A DNA stretch of 64,000 nt, taken from contig OX597823.1 of assembly GCA_951406725.2 (NCBI GenBank), forward strand, positions 105,276,001-105,340,000, written 5' to 3'. The notes beneath the pieces are model-generated. The model was not told the DNA's origin. It saw only the letters and a program-made list of their open reading frames with translations, and did no database searches. The stretch is from Octopus vulgaris (Eukaryota). The translations under genes and the position numbers were made by a program. Of the stretch, positions 13,404-27,038 are shown one piece after another. The number at the start of each line of letters is the position of its first letter. Positions within the stretch are counted from its first letter, which is position 1.

Positions 13404-13453
13404 CAAAATCTGTTACTCTGAGTTTCTCGTTGCCGTTCATCAGACAGTTTTTG
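13404..13453 (-). ncRNA. Minimal type-I hammerhead motif
   Basis: AAAAACTGT CTGATGA A-CG-GCAA-CG-A GAA ACTC-A-GAGT A ACAGATTTT. GNRA-capped mini stem II, near-palindromic stem III. Confidence 0.65.
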
Positions 13454-13618
13454 CTAGAATGGAACCGATATATCAATTCAATCTAGACTCTTACAAACGC
13501 TACACCTTTAAAAAGAAATGGACTTATTTGATTGGCCCTTTAGAAAAAAACGGTCAATCTTCGAGCGATAAACAAAAAGGTCAAAAAATATATGTATATA
13601 TATATATGTATATATATG

Positions 13619-13649
<31 letters not shown>

Positions 13650-14267
13650 GTAAGTGAGTTTGGAGGTTCATATCATCCAGGTGGATATCGTATTGGCTCT
13701 CAGTTAAATTCCAGTTAATGGCTGGCCGCAATGATCACCATCTAGTGTCTGTGTCTACATTTAGTTGTTAGTCACTCTGTGAATTCTTCCAATGAGTAAT
13801 TCCATGTACTCTTTACTGGATGGTAAAAATTGCCTAGAGTATATATCAACAAAGACTATGGAGATTTGTACGTCCACAAAATTTCTTTTATATACAGGAT
13901 ATTGTAATGACCTACATGTGTTTCTGTTGCAGCAACTACTCACTATTGCAGATGCAACCTTGCAATATTGTTGGTGCAACTTCATCAGGATCCGTCCATT
14001 TGGTCATACTCAAAGTGTATTGCAAAGCTGCATTTGCAACAAGGAGTAGTCGCTGCAGTGGAAATGCATGTAGGTCATTATAAGCTGCTTCATATAACTA
14101 TAAAATAAATTTGGTGGATGTACAAGACTCCATACTCTTTATTCTTATTAATATATATAGCATCATCATCATCATTGTTTAACGTCCGCATTCTATGCTG
14201 GTATGGGTTGAACAATTTGACTGAGGACTGGCAAACCAGGAGGCTGCACCAGGCTCCAATCTGATAT

Positions 14268-14760
14268 ATGTATGTAAGTATGTATGTATGTATGTATGTA
14301 TGTATGCATGTATGCATGTATGCATGTATGTATGTATGTATGTATGTATGTATTATGTATGTATGTATGTTTGTATGTGTGCATGCATGCATGCATGCAT
14401 GTATGCATGTATGTATGTATTATGTATGTATGTATGCATGTATGTATGTATGTATGTATGTGTGTGTACATGCATGTTTGTGTGTATGTATGTGTGTACA
14501 TGTATGCATGTATGTATGATGTATGTATGTATATGTGTACATGTATGTATGTATGTATGTATGTATGTATGTGTGTACAAGCATGTTTGTGTGTATGTTT
14601 GTGTGTATGTATGTGTGTATGTATGTATGTATGTATGTATGTATGTATGTATGTATGTATGTATGTATGTATGTATGTATGTATCTGTGTACGTATGTGT
14701 GTATGTTTGTGTGTACGTATGTATGTATGTATGTATGTGTGTATGTATGTTTGTGTGTAT
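14268..14760. repeat. (TATG)n compound microsatellite
   Basis: Directly visible. Confidence 0.95.
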
Positions 14761-15403
14761 CCTTCCCTTGAGATCATGTGATGGTTGTCAATGAGCATCA
14801 TCCTCATCCAAGTAATGTGTTTGTTTACCCATCTTCCATGAAGAAATATTACTTTGCTTGAAAACACATTGAGAGGTTTTGTCTAACTCATGCAAGCATG
14901 AAAAAGTGGATGTTAAACGAGGATGGGTTTTGAGAGCTTTTGTGCGAGTGGCCCATAAAAAGCACCCGTTACACTCCTGGAGTTGCTGGCTTTAGGGAGG
15001 GCATCATGCCAAATCAGACCAGAACTTGGTCAAGCTCTCCAGCTTACCAGTTTCAGTCAAACTGTCCAACTCATGCCAGCATGGAAAGCAGATGCTAAAT
15101 GATGATGATAGTATATACATACATATATATATATACGTTTTATTTATTATTTTGCACATTACTTAATCATAGGTATATTTTTTATCTTATATTTAATTTT
15201 TCTATCACATGTAATTTTCTAGATGGTGTAATTTAATTTTTCATTTTGAATTGATAAAAGGTGTTTTTTTCTAATTTATATATATATATATATTATATTT
15301 GTGAAATTTGATTTAGTATTTCTAAATTGAATTTTTCCCTGTAGGTTTGGAATAATATTCCCTCAAATTATTATTATTATTGATACACACACACACACAC
15401 ACA

Positions 15404-15442
<39 letters not shown>

Positions 15443-15764
15443 AATCACATAGGTAAAAAACAAAGGTTGGAAAAATAGTATTCAAATGCCAAAGATAGAG
15501 CAAAACACTATTTTATTGAAGCCTAAAGAAACTTCACAAACCGTGGCTCAGTTTCAGATAACCAGTCATCTCTACTGTCCAACGGATGGTTATGTGAATC
15601 ACTGAATAATGATTGTGAAGTTTTTTTCAGCTTCACTAAAATAGTACTTAAACATATATAATATATATATATAGGGAGAGTTTACGAAAAAAAACAAAAG
15701 ACGAAGACAGGTGGTGTACAAGACAAACAGATGTATTAGTATAACACTCAGGAATAGAAAAAGT

Positions 15765-15800
15765 CTTTTATGTTTCGAGCCTACGCTCTTCTACAGAAAG
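15765..15800 (-). ncRNA. Minimal hammerhead-like motif, CUGUNGA-core family (copy 3)
   Basis: CTTT CTGTAGA A GAGC-GTAG-GCTC GAA ACAT A AAAG, within element 15672-15858. Confidence 0.55.
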
Positions 15801-16149
15801 GGACACAGAAAACAAGGAGAGAAAAAAATGTGTGTAGTGGCTAACGATCTATCATGGCAAAATTTAATAAGGGTAGAAATTGATATTAATAAATTAAAAC
15901 CAGTGGCCTAGCATATTTTTAAAAATCCTAAGATTAAAAAATTTTTTTACATACAAAATTTAGAGGACTGACTCCTAAATAAATTGGACAGCCTATATGC
16001 TAGATATAGACGTCAAAATCGCCATTTTCCACAAAGAATGTGTTCTCAAGAAAAAATTCAGCAATATATATATATATATATATATATACTGTTGTGTCTG
16101 GGGAGAATCATTCATATAAAGAAACTTGCAAACCAAATCCAAAAACGAA

Positions 16150-16204
<55 letters not shown>

Positions 16205-16784
16205 TGTATGTATGTATGTATGTATGCATGCATGTATGTATGTATGTATGTATGTATGTTTGTACATCAAGGATCAAGGCAGACAGCACATAAAAGTCAA
16301 CATTTTTATACAGATCCACACAGACAGAACAGAGGAAACTCATATGATCAAAAGTGTATAATAAAAGCTGAAGTTTCAAAGTTAGAAAGATTAAAGTAAG
16401 CAGATTAAAGTTGACAAATCAAGCCAGACAGAGAACAGAAAATGTCAGATCAATAAGGCCAACCACAGTTTATTGTAATATACAGAGTCCATCCTGAAAA
16501 CAACAAGCCTATGTGATGTCTTCAAAGTGTATTGATATTTCTGTGAGAAAAAGAGACGAAACTAGACCACTGAATGGACATGTTTCTCTGTTTTCAAGTC
16601 AAGTTGTATTCATTCTTCATGAGATGTCCGCTGAGAGAAATCAGTCGTGTTGCACTTAATGACATGACTTTGACTGTAGATAGATTTGTGTGTATGTGTG
16701 TGTGCATGCAAGAGTGTTTGTGGGCATGTGTGCGTGTAGATGTACATATGTCTATACACACACATGTCTCTGTGTGTGTACAAA

Positions 16785-17250
<466 letters not shown>

Positions 17251-18075
17251 ATAGGTGGGTGGCTGGATCGATGGATCAATGGACAAAGAGAAAACAGACA
17301 AATAGATGAGGCAGTGAAGTAATGCAGGAGAGAAAGCCTCGCTGAATCTGTTCCAATTTACTGTACTCTGAGTTTAGATCTCATGAAGGTCAACTTTGCT
17401 TTTCATCCTTTCAGGGTTAATAAGAGATTACTGACCCAGTGCTATGGATTAGCAGTTCTGTTATAGGGTCAGACTAGACTCCTTGCACTGTCTGGTTTGG
17501 CTCTTTGCATTCTGGTAGCAACATCTGGAGAAGGAAGATTTGCATGCATTGACAACTATCTGCCCATCTCAGAAAACATTTGGCCCTGGCCTGAGTATAC
17601 AATGTGCCAAGTAACAGTCAACCTTGATCAACAGGGGCTCTTAAGATGGCAGGGTGGCTGGGTGGCTGACTGGATGGCTGGCTGAATATGCAATAAAATA
17701 TCACTTCTACTGTAGTTTTCTGGCTAGTGAGAAGAAATAGATGATGTACTATCAAGGAAAGAGCAGTTGTGATCCTCTGAGTTGCCTTTGTGACTCTGTT
17801 CATTGTTACAACGGCCTTGGTATCTAGGACAGTCTTGGCATAGCACTCACATGTTTTTAATATGGTTGGGTCTTAATAAGAAGAAGTCAATATATCTATA
17901 GTTTTATTACAAAATGTGTTGAGACTTGACAGTGTGTGGGCAGTTATGTAAATACAAACAGACATACATACACACGTACATACATACATATATACATACA
18001 TACATACATACATTCACATATACCTACAAATGCATATGTATATATATGTGTGGGTGTGTGTGTGTGTGTGTACAT

Positions 18076-18491
18076 ACTCTTTTACTCTTTTACTTGTTTC
18101 AGTCATTTGACTGTGGCCATGCTGGAGCACCGCCTTTAGTCGAGCAAATCGACCCCGGCACTTATTCTTTGTAAGCCTAGTACTTATTCTATCGGTCTCT
18201 TTTGCCGAACTGCTCAGTAATGGGGTCGTAAACACACCAGCATCGGGTGTCAAGCAATGCTAGGGAGACAAACACAGACACACAAACACACACACACATA
18301 CATACATATATATATATATACATATATACGACAGGCTTCTTTCAGTTTCCGTCTACCAAATCCACTCACAAGGCATTGGTCAGCCCGAGGCTATAGTAGA
18401 AGACACTTGCCCAAGGTGCCACGCAGTGGGACTGAACCTGGAACCATGTCGTTGGTTAGCAAGCTACTTACCACACAGCCACTCCTGCGCC
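18076..18491 (-). mobile_element. Family A SINE, full length
   Basis: Matches the other family A copies end to end. Confidence 0.9.
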
Positions 18492-18500
18492 ATACACAGC

Positions 18501-18568
<68 letters not shown>

Positions 18569-18571
<3 letters not shown>

Positions 18572-18740
18572 GTGCAGGAGTGGCTGTGTGGTAAGTAACT
18601 TGCTTACCAACAACATGGTTCTGGTTTCAGTCCAACTGTGTGGCATCACCTTGGGGAAGTGTCTTCTACTATAGCCTTGGGCCAACCAAAGACTTGTAAG
18701 TGGATTTGGTAGACGGAATCTGAAAAAAGCCCGCTGTATA
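18569..18740 (+). mobile_element. Family A SINE, 5' half
   Basis: AGGTGCAGGAGTGGCTGTGTGG...GGATTTGGTAGACGG. Inverted relative to 18326-18491. Confidence 0.85.
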
Positions 18741-18748
18741 TATGTATA

Positions 18749-19030
18749 TCATCATCATCATCGTTTAACGTCCGTTTTCCATGCTAGCATGGGTTGGATG
18801 GTTCGATCGGGGTCTAGGAAGCCAGGAGGCTGCACCAGGCTTTAGTCTGATCTGGCAGTGTTTCTACAGCTGGATGCCCTTCCTAATGCCAACCACTCCG
18901 TGAGTGTAGTGGGTGCTTTTTATATGCCACCAGCACAGGTGCCACTGGTGGCTGGGAACGGCCATGATCGGTTGGTGCTTATTACGTGCCACTGGCACGG
19001 AAGCTGGTGAAGCTGGTGCTGGCATCGACC
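18749..19030 (-). mobile_element. Family C SINE-like repeat
   Basis: Reverse complement of the family C consensus. Confidence 0.8.
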
Positions 19031-19359
19031 ACACGTATATACATACATACATACATATATATATATATACATACATGGAAACATACAAATGTATATGCAT
19101 ATATTCATACATACAGATATATACAGATACATATGTGCAAATGTATATACTTATAAACACATATACATTCTCCTTGTATGTAGTAGTTTACAATGATACT
19201 ACTATACCAGTTATTAGGTATGGTTCCCTCTCGTATAACTGGATTTACTACCTAGGGTCCAGCTCATGCCTGCATGGTAAGTAAACGTTAAATGATGATG
19301 GTGACGATGACGATGATGATGATGATGATGATGGTGATGGCGGTGGTAATCCTCCACTC

Positions 19360-19590
19360 TATCTCACGAGATATTTTGAGCATCTCTGTAACTGTCTCCA
19401 GATAGACATGCAGCTTTCCTAATTCCCATTTCCTTGATTGCCTTATCTACCATGCTGCTGCTGTCAATTTGAATTCCTGATCCTGCTGTAGGGGCAGCAC
19501 AAGGAACCACCTCTTCCTCCCATGTGTTCTCCACATTCAACAGCCTCTCATAATAGCATTTCCATGCCACTTACTTTTCTTCCATATCAG
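19360..19590 (-). mobile_element. RTE-clade LINE fragment
   Basis: [14 protein letters not shown]...VDKAIKEMGIRKAACLSG resembles the W..Y...LLN / KAPGPSG region upstream of the RTE RT domain. Confidence 0.65.
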
Positions 19591-19838
19591 TGATATATAT
19601 ATATACATACATACATACATACATAAATACATACATATAATATATGTATGTGTGTGTGTGTGTGTGTGTGTATATAACATATATGAATGTATATATAATA
19701 TATATTTAAGTATATATGTATATATATATATATATCTGTGTGCGTATATATATATATATATATGTATTTATGTATGTGTATATATATCTATATCTATATA
19801 TATATGTATATATATGTATGTATATATAGATGTATACA

Positions 19839-19903
<65 letters not shown>

Positions 19904-20254
19904 GTATGTATATATGTATATATATATGTGTGTGTGTGTGTATATATATGTATGCATATGTGTGTGTTTGCTTGTGCACTTGTATAAATATGTACATGCA
20001 TACATATGCACACACAAAACACACACACACACACACACATGCACATACACAAACACACACACACATACACACAGATGTATGTGTATAGAGAAATATATGT
20101 GTGCAGATATCAACAACACAAAGAAGTAATATGAGACGAGTTTGGAAATATGGTGAAAGAAGAGTATTTAGTGCATCATTAAGTGATTGTTGTGATTCTG
20201 CAGGTACTGATGCTGGTCTGTCTGTAGATATTTCAGTGCGTGCACGTGTGCACA

Positions 20255-20288
<34 letters not shown>

Positions 20289-20547
20289 TGTGTGTATTAA
20301 TTTTATCACATCTTTTGTTTCTCTAATAGCTTCCATTAAGCTCACAACAATGGTCAGCGGTGAGTGACTTCGGCTGTCGCTGAGGACCAGACTCAATAGC
20401 CATATCAACAACAACAACAACAAAAACTACAACAAGAACGACATCAAAAACAAAAGTAACAACAAAGGCAACAAAGCTACATCAATGAAGATGATGATGT
20501 TGAAATTTACTATTGATAATAATAATAATAATAACAATAACAATAAC

Positions 20548-20603
<56 letters not shown>

Positions 20604-21140
20604 TAATAATAATAATAATTGACATCGATGTTATTATTGTTATTGTTATCGTCACCATCATCGTCATCATCATCGTCATCATCATCATAGCCATGTGAGC
20701 ATCAGACAAAACGTCTTGTGGCATTTCTTCAGGTTTTTAACGTTCTTAATTCAAATTCCATTGTAGTTAACTTTACATTTCATTCTTCCGGGTCTGGTCA
20801 AGATGAAATACTAGTTAAATACAGGGGTCGATTTCCTTGACTAGCCCCTCCCAACCCTGTGTTGAGACTCTTGGTTTAGTGGTCAGGGTATTGGATTCAT
20901 GGTCGTAAAAGTGTGGTTTCAGTTCCTGGACCAGGCATTGTGCTTTTGTACAAAACACTTCATTTCATGTTGCTCCTGTCCACTCAACTAGCAAAAATTA
21001 GCAATCCTGTGTCCCAACTGGGTAAGGAATACATTTGCCATGAAAACAGGGAAACTGGGCCTTATTAGTTGGTATGACTTGAGAAAGAAACTTTACCTTT
21101 TTTCACCTCTCCCTAGCCATTTCTAGCCTTGTAATATATC

Positions 21141-21234
21141 ACTTTATACTCATCAGAGTTAGCTGATATGGAAGGGAATATGGTGACATCACCATATTTC
21201 CTTGCATATTGGCTAACTTTGATGAGCGTAAAGT
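21141..21234 (+). other. 94-nt near-perfect hairpin
   Basis: 46-nt arms around a 2-nt centre. 7 differences, 5 of them G-U compatible on the + strand. Confidence 0.8.
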
Positions 21235-21586
21235 TATGTAAGCAGTTTGTTACCTAACACTCCACTGTATTCTTTACGCAAAGCCTATTGGTGAAACCAG
21301 CTGTGATGATACTATACATTTCGGATAATATACCCACTCTACTGACAGATATATGAGTGGATCTTTTCCCTGACTTATTGTCTCTTAGACGACTAACATT
21401 TATACATATATATCATATTTTAACGTGTATAAGGAACCCATTTTTGCCAAAAATTAAGTTAAAAGAATATGGTAGTTTCTTATACATGGATAGTATTATA
21501 ATCCCTTACAAAACCTTTTTCCAAATTTTAAGCCCCAATATTCCTTATACATGTTAAAATATGATATATATATATAAGAAAAAGAA

Positions 21587-21862
21587 AATGGAGAAATTAA
21601 CATATAGACTTCAATTTATTTGGACATAATACAATTCTGAACGAAATCAAACTCAGTTTCACCTACACATGTTTCCATGCCACACTGATTTGAGAAATTG
21701 AATTAAATTAAATTAAATTTCCAAATATTAAATTTGATTTAATTTAATTTCTCAAATTAATTGGGCATGGAAATGTCCAATTATAGGTGAAATTGAGTTT
21801 GATATCGTTCAGAATTGTATTATGTTCAAATAAATTGAAGTCTATATGTCAATTTCTCCATT
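21587..21862. repeat. Long imperfect inverted repeat at the 3' end of the Penelope-like element
   Basis: AATGGAGAAATT...TTCACCTA / TAGGTGAA...AATTTCTCCATT, arms ~130 bp. Confidence 0.8.
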
Positions 21863-21989
21863 GTTTTTCTCATACATAAAAATTAGTACACCCATATCCA
21901 TCAATGCAAAGCTAACATCTTTGGTTTTTCACTGATACACTGGATAAAACTAGGGAACTTGGATGCTGACATCCCTTTAAGAGGATTTA

Positions 21990-23045
21990 TATCCTTGATT
22001 TAATTGTGTGTGTGTGAGTGTGTAAATTTAACTACTGTTCTACAGAAATTGTTTCATTGCATTTGGTGTATGAGGAAAATTTTGAAGTTTGGTTCAAAAT
22101 TCCCTCTATATCTCTCAATGTGCTCACTCAATAGTATTTGTCTATATCTTGGGAAATGGATTTTCTCCTTATGAAGTATTGTTCTCAATCTGAGAGGCAT
22201 TCTTGTTCATCCTATATAGCTACATCTACAACCTGAACTAGTTATGACATAGATTATGTTTTTGGATGCACAGGTAAAGTTAATCTTAATTTTGAAATTT
22301 TGACCTTGTTTAAAATGGAATTTTGAACCTTCCAGTATGTTGAAAATATTCCCCATTTAGGTCCCCTGGATGTTTTAACTCTTGGTTGTTTTGTTGTTGT
22401 TGTTGGGTATAATTTCAAACCTGTAAGTATTCTCCTTATTTCAGTTGGATTTTAATTGTTTATTTTACTTTTAATGATTTTGTGTGTGTAGAATTTGGTC
22501 CATCTTTGAGTCCCTAGTGAGCGTGAATAAATTTTGAATAATAGCGTTATATGCCTCATTGTTTCTACAGTTGTGGATAGAAATATAGAGTAGTATTTTC
22601 CAATCAGGCATGTGATTTTGTTTCACTCCCTTAGTGTTTGGATATCAATTCTCTTCAAATATTGCATCCCATCATCTGTTAGTGAAAGTAGACAATGTCT
22701 CTCAATGAGAATGGTTTTAAGTTCATGATGTCATAGATCCTAGGTATTTGCACCAGACACTATTGTGCACACCTGCTTGGCTAAATTGAAGGGAATGCTT
22801 ATCTTTATGTCTTTCAGGTGGCATCAGTTAAATAGTAGGTATTGCTTCAAATTTGCAGTTTCAATTTGGATATTGACTTTTCTTATTAAAATATGAAATG
22901 GAACTTTCTTTTGCTGTATTGAATGTTAGTATTTGTATCACTGAGCAGTGTTTTAAATTTCAATATTTTATCAATACTTTCATTCCAAAGGATAAAGCAG
23001 TCATCCGGATATCTTTTCCAGTTCTCTCTTATATATGAAGCTACA
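21990..23045 (-). mobile_element. Decayed Penelope-like element (RT + GIY-YIG endonuclease)
   Basis: Minus-strand translation gives WKRYPDDCFILW (YxDD), KQYLLFN*CH...IPFNLAKQVCTIVS (thumb) and NFTCASKNIIYVITSSGCRCSYIG*T (GIY-YIG). Multiple stops and frameshifts. Confidence 0.85.
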
Positions 23046-23107
23046 TATATATTTTTGCATATATGCATACATCCATACAAACATACATACATACATACAT
23101 ACATACA

Positions 23108-23140
<33 letters not shown>

Positions 23141-23236
23141 GCACACATACATGCAAGCATGCATACATACATATCTATGTGTGTTTGTGTGTGTTATATA
23201 TGTGTGTGTGTTATGTGTGTACATATATTCATACAC

Positions 23237-23772
23237 AAATTCCTCTTCCGGACAATTTTTACTTAAAAAAAGGCAGCCCCAACATTTGCTCTCTCATTCA
23301 TTCATCTAGCACCCGAGCGCAGATAAGTTTGAATGCTTATTTATTTTCACTTCTCGATCGATCATACATGCTTTCTTATCTATCTAACTATTTTTATCTA
23401 ATTTCTCTATCTCTCTATCTATCGATCTAATTATTTTAACTAATTTATCCATTTCTCCTCTCGACTATTTAACTAATTTATCCATTTCTCCTCTCGACTA
23501 TAATACGCCATCTTGAAGCCTGTTCACTTCCGCCTTGTCCAAAAATTCCTCTTCCGGACAATTTTTACTTAAAAAAGGCAGCCCCAACATTTGCTCTCTC
23601 ATTCATTCATCTAGCACCCGAGCGCAGATAAGTTTGAATGCTTATTTATTTTCACTTCTCGATCGATCATACATGCTTTCTTATCTATCTAACTATTTTT
23701 ATCTAATTTCTCTATCTCTCTATCGATCTAATTATTTTAACTAATTTATCCATTTCTCCTCTCGACTATAAT
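23237..23772. repeat. Recent tandem duplication (copies offset by 306 bp)
   Basis: 23237-23504 is nearly identical to 23543-23772. The first copy has an extra internal 33-bp duplication. Confidence 0.9.
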
Positions 23773-24039
23773 CAACCATCGTGTATTAGCGGTGCACCCG
23801 CCCTGCCCACCCCCACCACCAATACCGGATATCTCTATATTTTTGCTCCATCTATACCGGATGTCGCTTCTCCCACCACCATTATAGGTGTCTACTCTTC
23901 GAACCCCTCTTCAATACGCTATTTCACCATGCATTACCCCTCTCTTGATATCCTACGTTCTACTTGCCTAGAACCTGTCATCATTTCTCTGAACCACCCC
24001 TCCCCACTGGTGCTCCCCTATATTTCTGCCCCCCCCACA

Positions 24040-24283
24040 TAAAAAGCACCATCCGAACGTGGCCGATGCCAGACCCCTCTGGCACCTGTGCAGGTGGCAC
24101 TAAAAAACACCCACTACACTCGCGGAGTGGTTGGCGTTAGGAAGGGCATCCAGCTGTAGAAACACTGCCAGACTAGACTGGAGCCTGGGGCAGTCCCTAG
24201 CTCCCCAGACCCCGGTCGAAACCGTCCAACCCGTGCTAGCGCGGAAAACGGACGTTAAACGATGATGATGATGATGATGATGA
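24040..24283 (+). mobile_element. Family C SINE-like repeat
   Basis: TGGCGTTAGGAAGGGCATCCAGCTGTAGAA...GGACGTTAAAC(GAT)n. Confidence 0.8.
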
Positions 24284-24345
24284 TACACTCACACACATAC
24301 ATATGGGTATGTGTGTGTGCATGTTTGTATATATATATATATATA

Positions 24346-25608
24346 CAAGGTGTGGTGAATAAATTGTCATCCAAATTATGCAAAAATGAAAATAACAGTG
24401 ACATCTCATTTTAACAGATATATTTACCAAAATTACATAAAAATATCTTGAAATACTAAAGAGTAAATTCATTCAATAAAATCGCCTTTGGCTTCAACCA
24501 CGGCCTCCAGACGATTTCAGAATTTCCTGCAACTCTTCTGGATGATCTCCTCATTTAAGTTGGTAAATGCTGCCATAATCCGTACATTCAGTTCATCTTT
24601 GGTGTTACAAGGTGATTTTGGGTCTCTTGCTCAACTGTGCCCCACACAAAATAATCAAGGTGGTTGCAGTCTGGGGAGCTAGGTGGGCAGATGTCAGGGG
24701 TGGTGTGGTTGCAGAAATTGTCTGACAGCCATGACTGGGTTCTCCTGTTTGTGTGGAATGGTACAGAGTCCTGTTGTCAGACAAGGTGTTCCATCAGCCA
24801 ACCTCTTCATCCAGACTAGCACTACTGCCTCCAGGCACTTGATATAAGCCTCTGTTTTGAGTCTGAGGCTATGTGGGAAGATGAATGGAGACATAACATC
24901 ACCATCACTAGTGATCACTCCAAACACCATGATGTTGACTGGATGTTTGATCTTTATCACTTTCGGTACATGTTTTAGGGACATAGCAAGCCAATGGTTG
25001 TTCTGTGTGTTCACCATCTGATCCTGACAGAAAAATTTTCTCGTCTGAGAAAAACCAAAACATGTTCAGCTGGAGGGGGTGCTTGAGTCTGTTCAAAAGC
25101 TTCGTAGTTTGGTCTTTCTTCTTGTCCTTCATGGCTTGGGATAAAAATTGGCCGTTTCTAATCTTGTATGAGGAATACCAAATGTCTTCATGCTCTACCC
25201 CACTGATAAGAAACTCAGACACTCTCATATCTCTGGCTGACTTGGAAGGATCATTGTCAATTATGGCCTGGATCTTACCAACAAATTCTGGAGTTCCTTT
25301 CCAAGCTGCCATACCTTCATAATCACCATTAGACTCATCCAACCCTTTCCAAATCCTCTGTACTGTCCTCAGATTGACAACCAAACACTCTGAAATGTTT
25401 GTATTGGAGCTTCCAGTGTAAATGCCAAGCAGTACAGCATGTCGTTTCCAAATTTCTGGCAGAGTGAATTGCATCATGGTGCTGTTTTTCTCACAGATGG
25501 TGCCCAACTGATCCTACTATACTGTGTAGTTGGCAAAATCAAAAACAAACAATGCACATGTGCAAAATTAAAAATACAAAATTGTAACAATTTAACCATC
25601 ACACCATG
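24346..25608 (-). mobile_element. Full-length decayed DD37D (maT/mori-type) Tc1-mariner transposon
   Basis: Imperfect TIRs CAAGGTGTGGTGAATAAATTGT / ACAATTTAACCATCACACCATG with TA flanks. Motifs WFFSDEK, MVFGVITSDG and QQD-(37 aa)-D ending SPDCNHLDY. Frameshifted. Confidence 0.9.
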
Positions 25609-26351
25609 TATATATATACATATACACACACACACATACATATATATGTTATATGGAAAACATAACTGTTCCAATTTAATCTTTTATATTAAACTTCCAT
25701 TTTATATCCTTTTCTAAAATTCTTAAAGCCTCTAAATTCAGTTCTATTGAAGCTTCTAAACTGTCTCAGCCTCATCAACAGGATATGGGGTGGTGTTAGC
25801 TTCTTTACAGCCTCTTTTGTTGTAGGTGAATCTTGTTTATGCAGACTTTACTGCTAGAATTTTACTAATAGAATTACACATCATCAACATGAATATCGTT
25901 TGCATGTTAATTTTAGTTGTGTGTTGTGATATGAATATTGCTTCCATAATTAATCATCTCATTTTGTGGAAAATCCTATACAGCATCTATGTATTCTCTG
26001 TTGATATTTTACTGTATGGTGTTGTTGTTTAGTGTTTGGTGCAGTGTGCTGCAATTGATTCTTTCCATCATCGTGGTTGTCATCACCATTGTTGTCGTCA
26101 TCGTCGTTGTCATCACATGTGTGTGCATGTATGTGTGTGTGTATGAATGTGTGTATGTATGTGTGTGTGTTTATATATAAGCAGATCTATCCATCTATCA
26201 TTTCATACATGCGTGTGTATGTATGTGTATGTGCATATGTATATATGCATATGTGTGTATATATATACACACACACACATATGTGCATACATGGATAGAT
26301 ATATTCTATACATACATGCATATATATATATATATTTATACACACACACAA

Positions 26352-26420
<69 letters not shown>

Positions 26421-26618
26421 AATATATATATATATATACATACAGACAGACAGACATATATATATATATATCTATGTACATACATATATACATATATATG
26501 TATCTATACATATATATACATATATATATATACATACATACATATACATATATATGTATCTATACATATATATACATATATATGTATCTATACATATATA
26601 TACATACATATATATATA

Positions 26619-26792
26619 TCATCATCATCATTGTTTAACGTCCGCTTTCCATGCTAGCATGGGTTGGACGATTTTGACTGAGGGCTGTCGAACCAGATGG
26701 CTGCACCAGGCTCCAATCTTGATCTGGCAGAGTTTCTACAGCTGGATGCCCTTCCTAATGCCAACCACTCCGAGAGTGTAGTGGGTGCTTTT
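26619..26792 (-). mobile_element. Family C SINE-like repeat
   Basis: Reverse complement of the family C 3' part. Confidence 0.8.
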
Positions 26793-27038
26793 TATATATA
26801 TACACATACATATATATTCCTATCCGTGTGGAAGTTGAACCCACATACTTTTGTTAATGTGTGTTACCTGTACACCAGCGAATCAGCCTCCCCATTTCTG
26901 TCAAATTTAAGAACTATAATAGTTTGTTTGTTTTTATGTAAACAAACTTTTTATATGCTTTCAGTGCGATTGTTTTTTTTATTATACAGTACTGAGTTTA
27001 CAATCCTATATATATATATGTATATATATGTATTACAT

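Noticed and set aside
13761-14049. Overlapping 74/85-aa ORFs in non-repeat DNA
   Set aside because: No recognisable motif or convincing splice sites.
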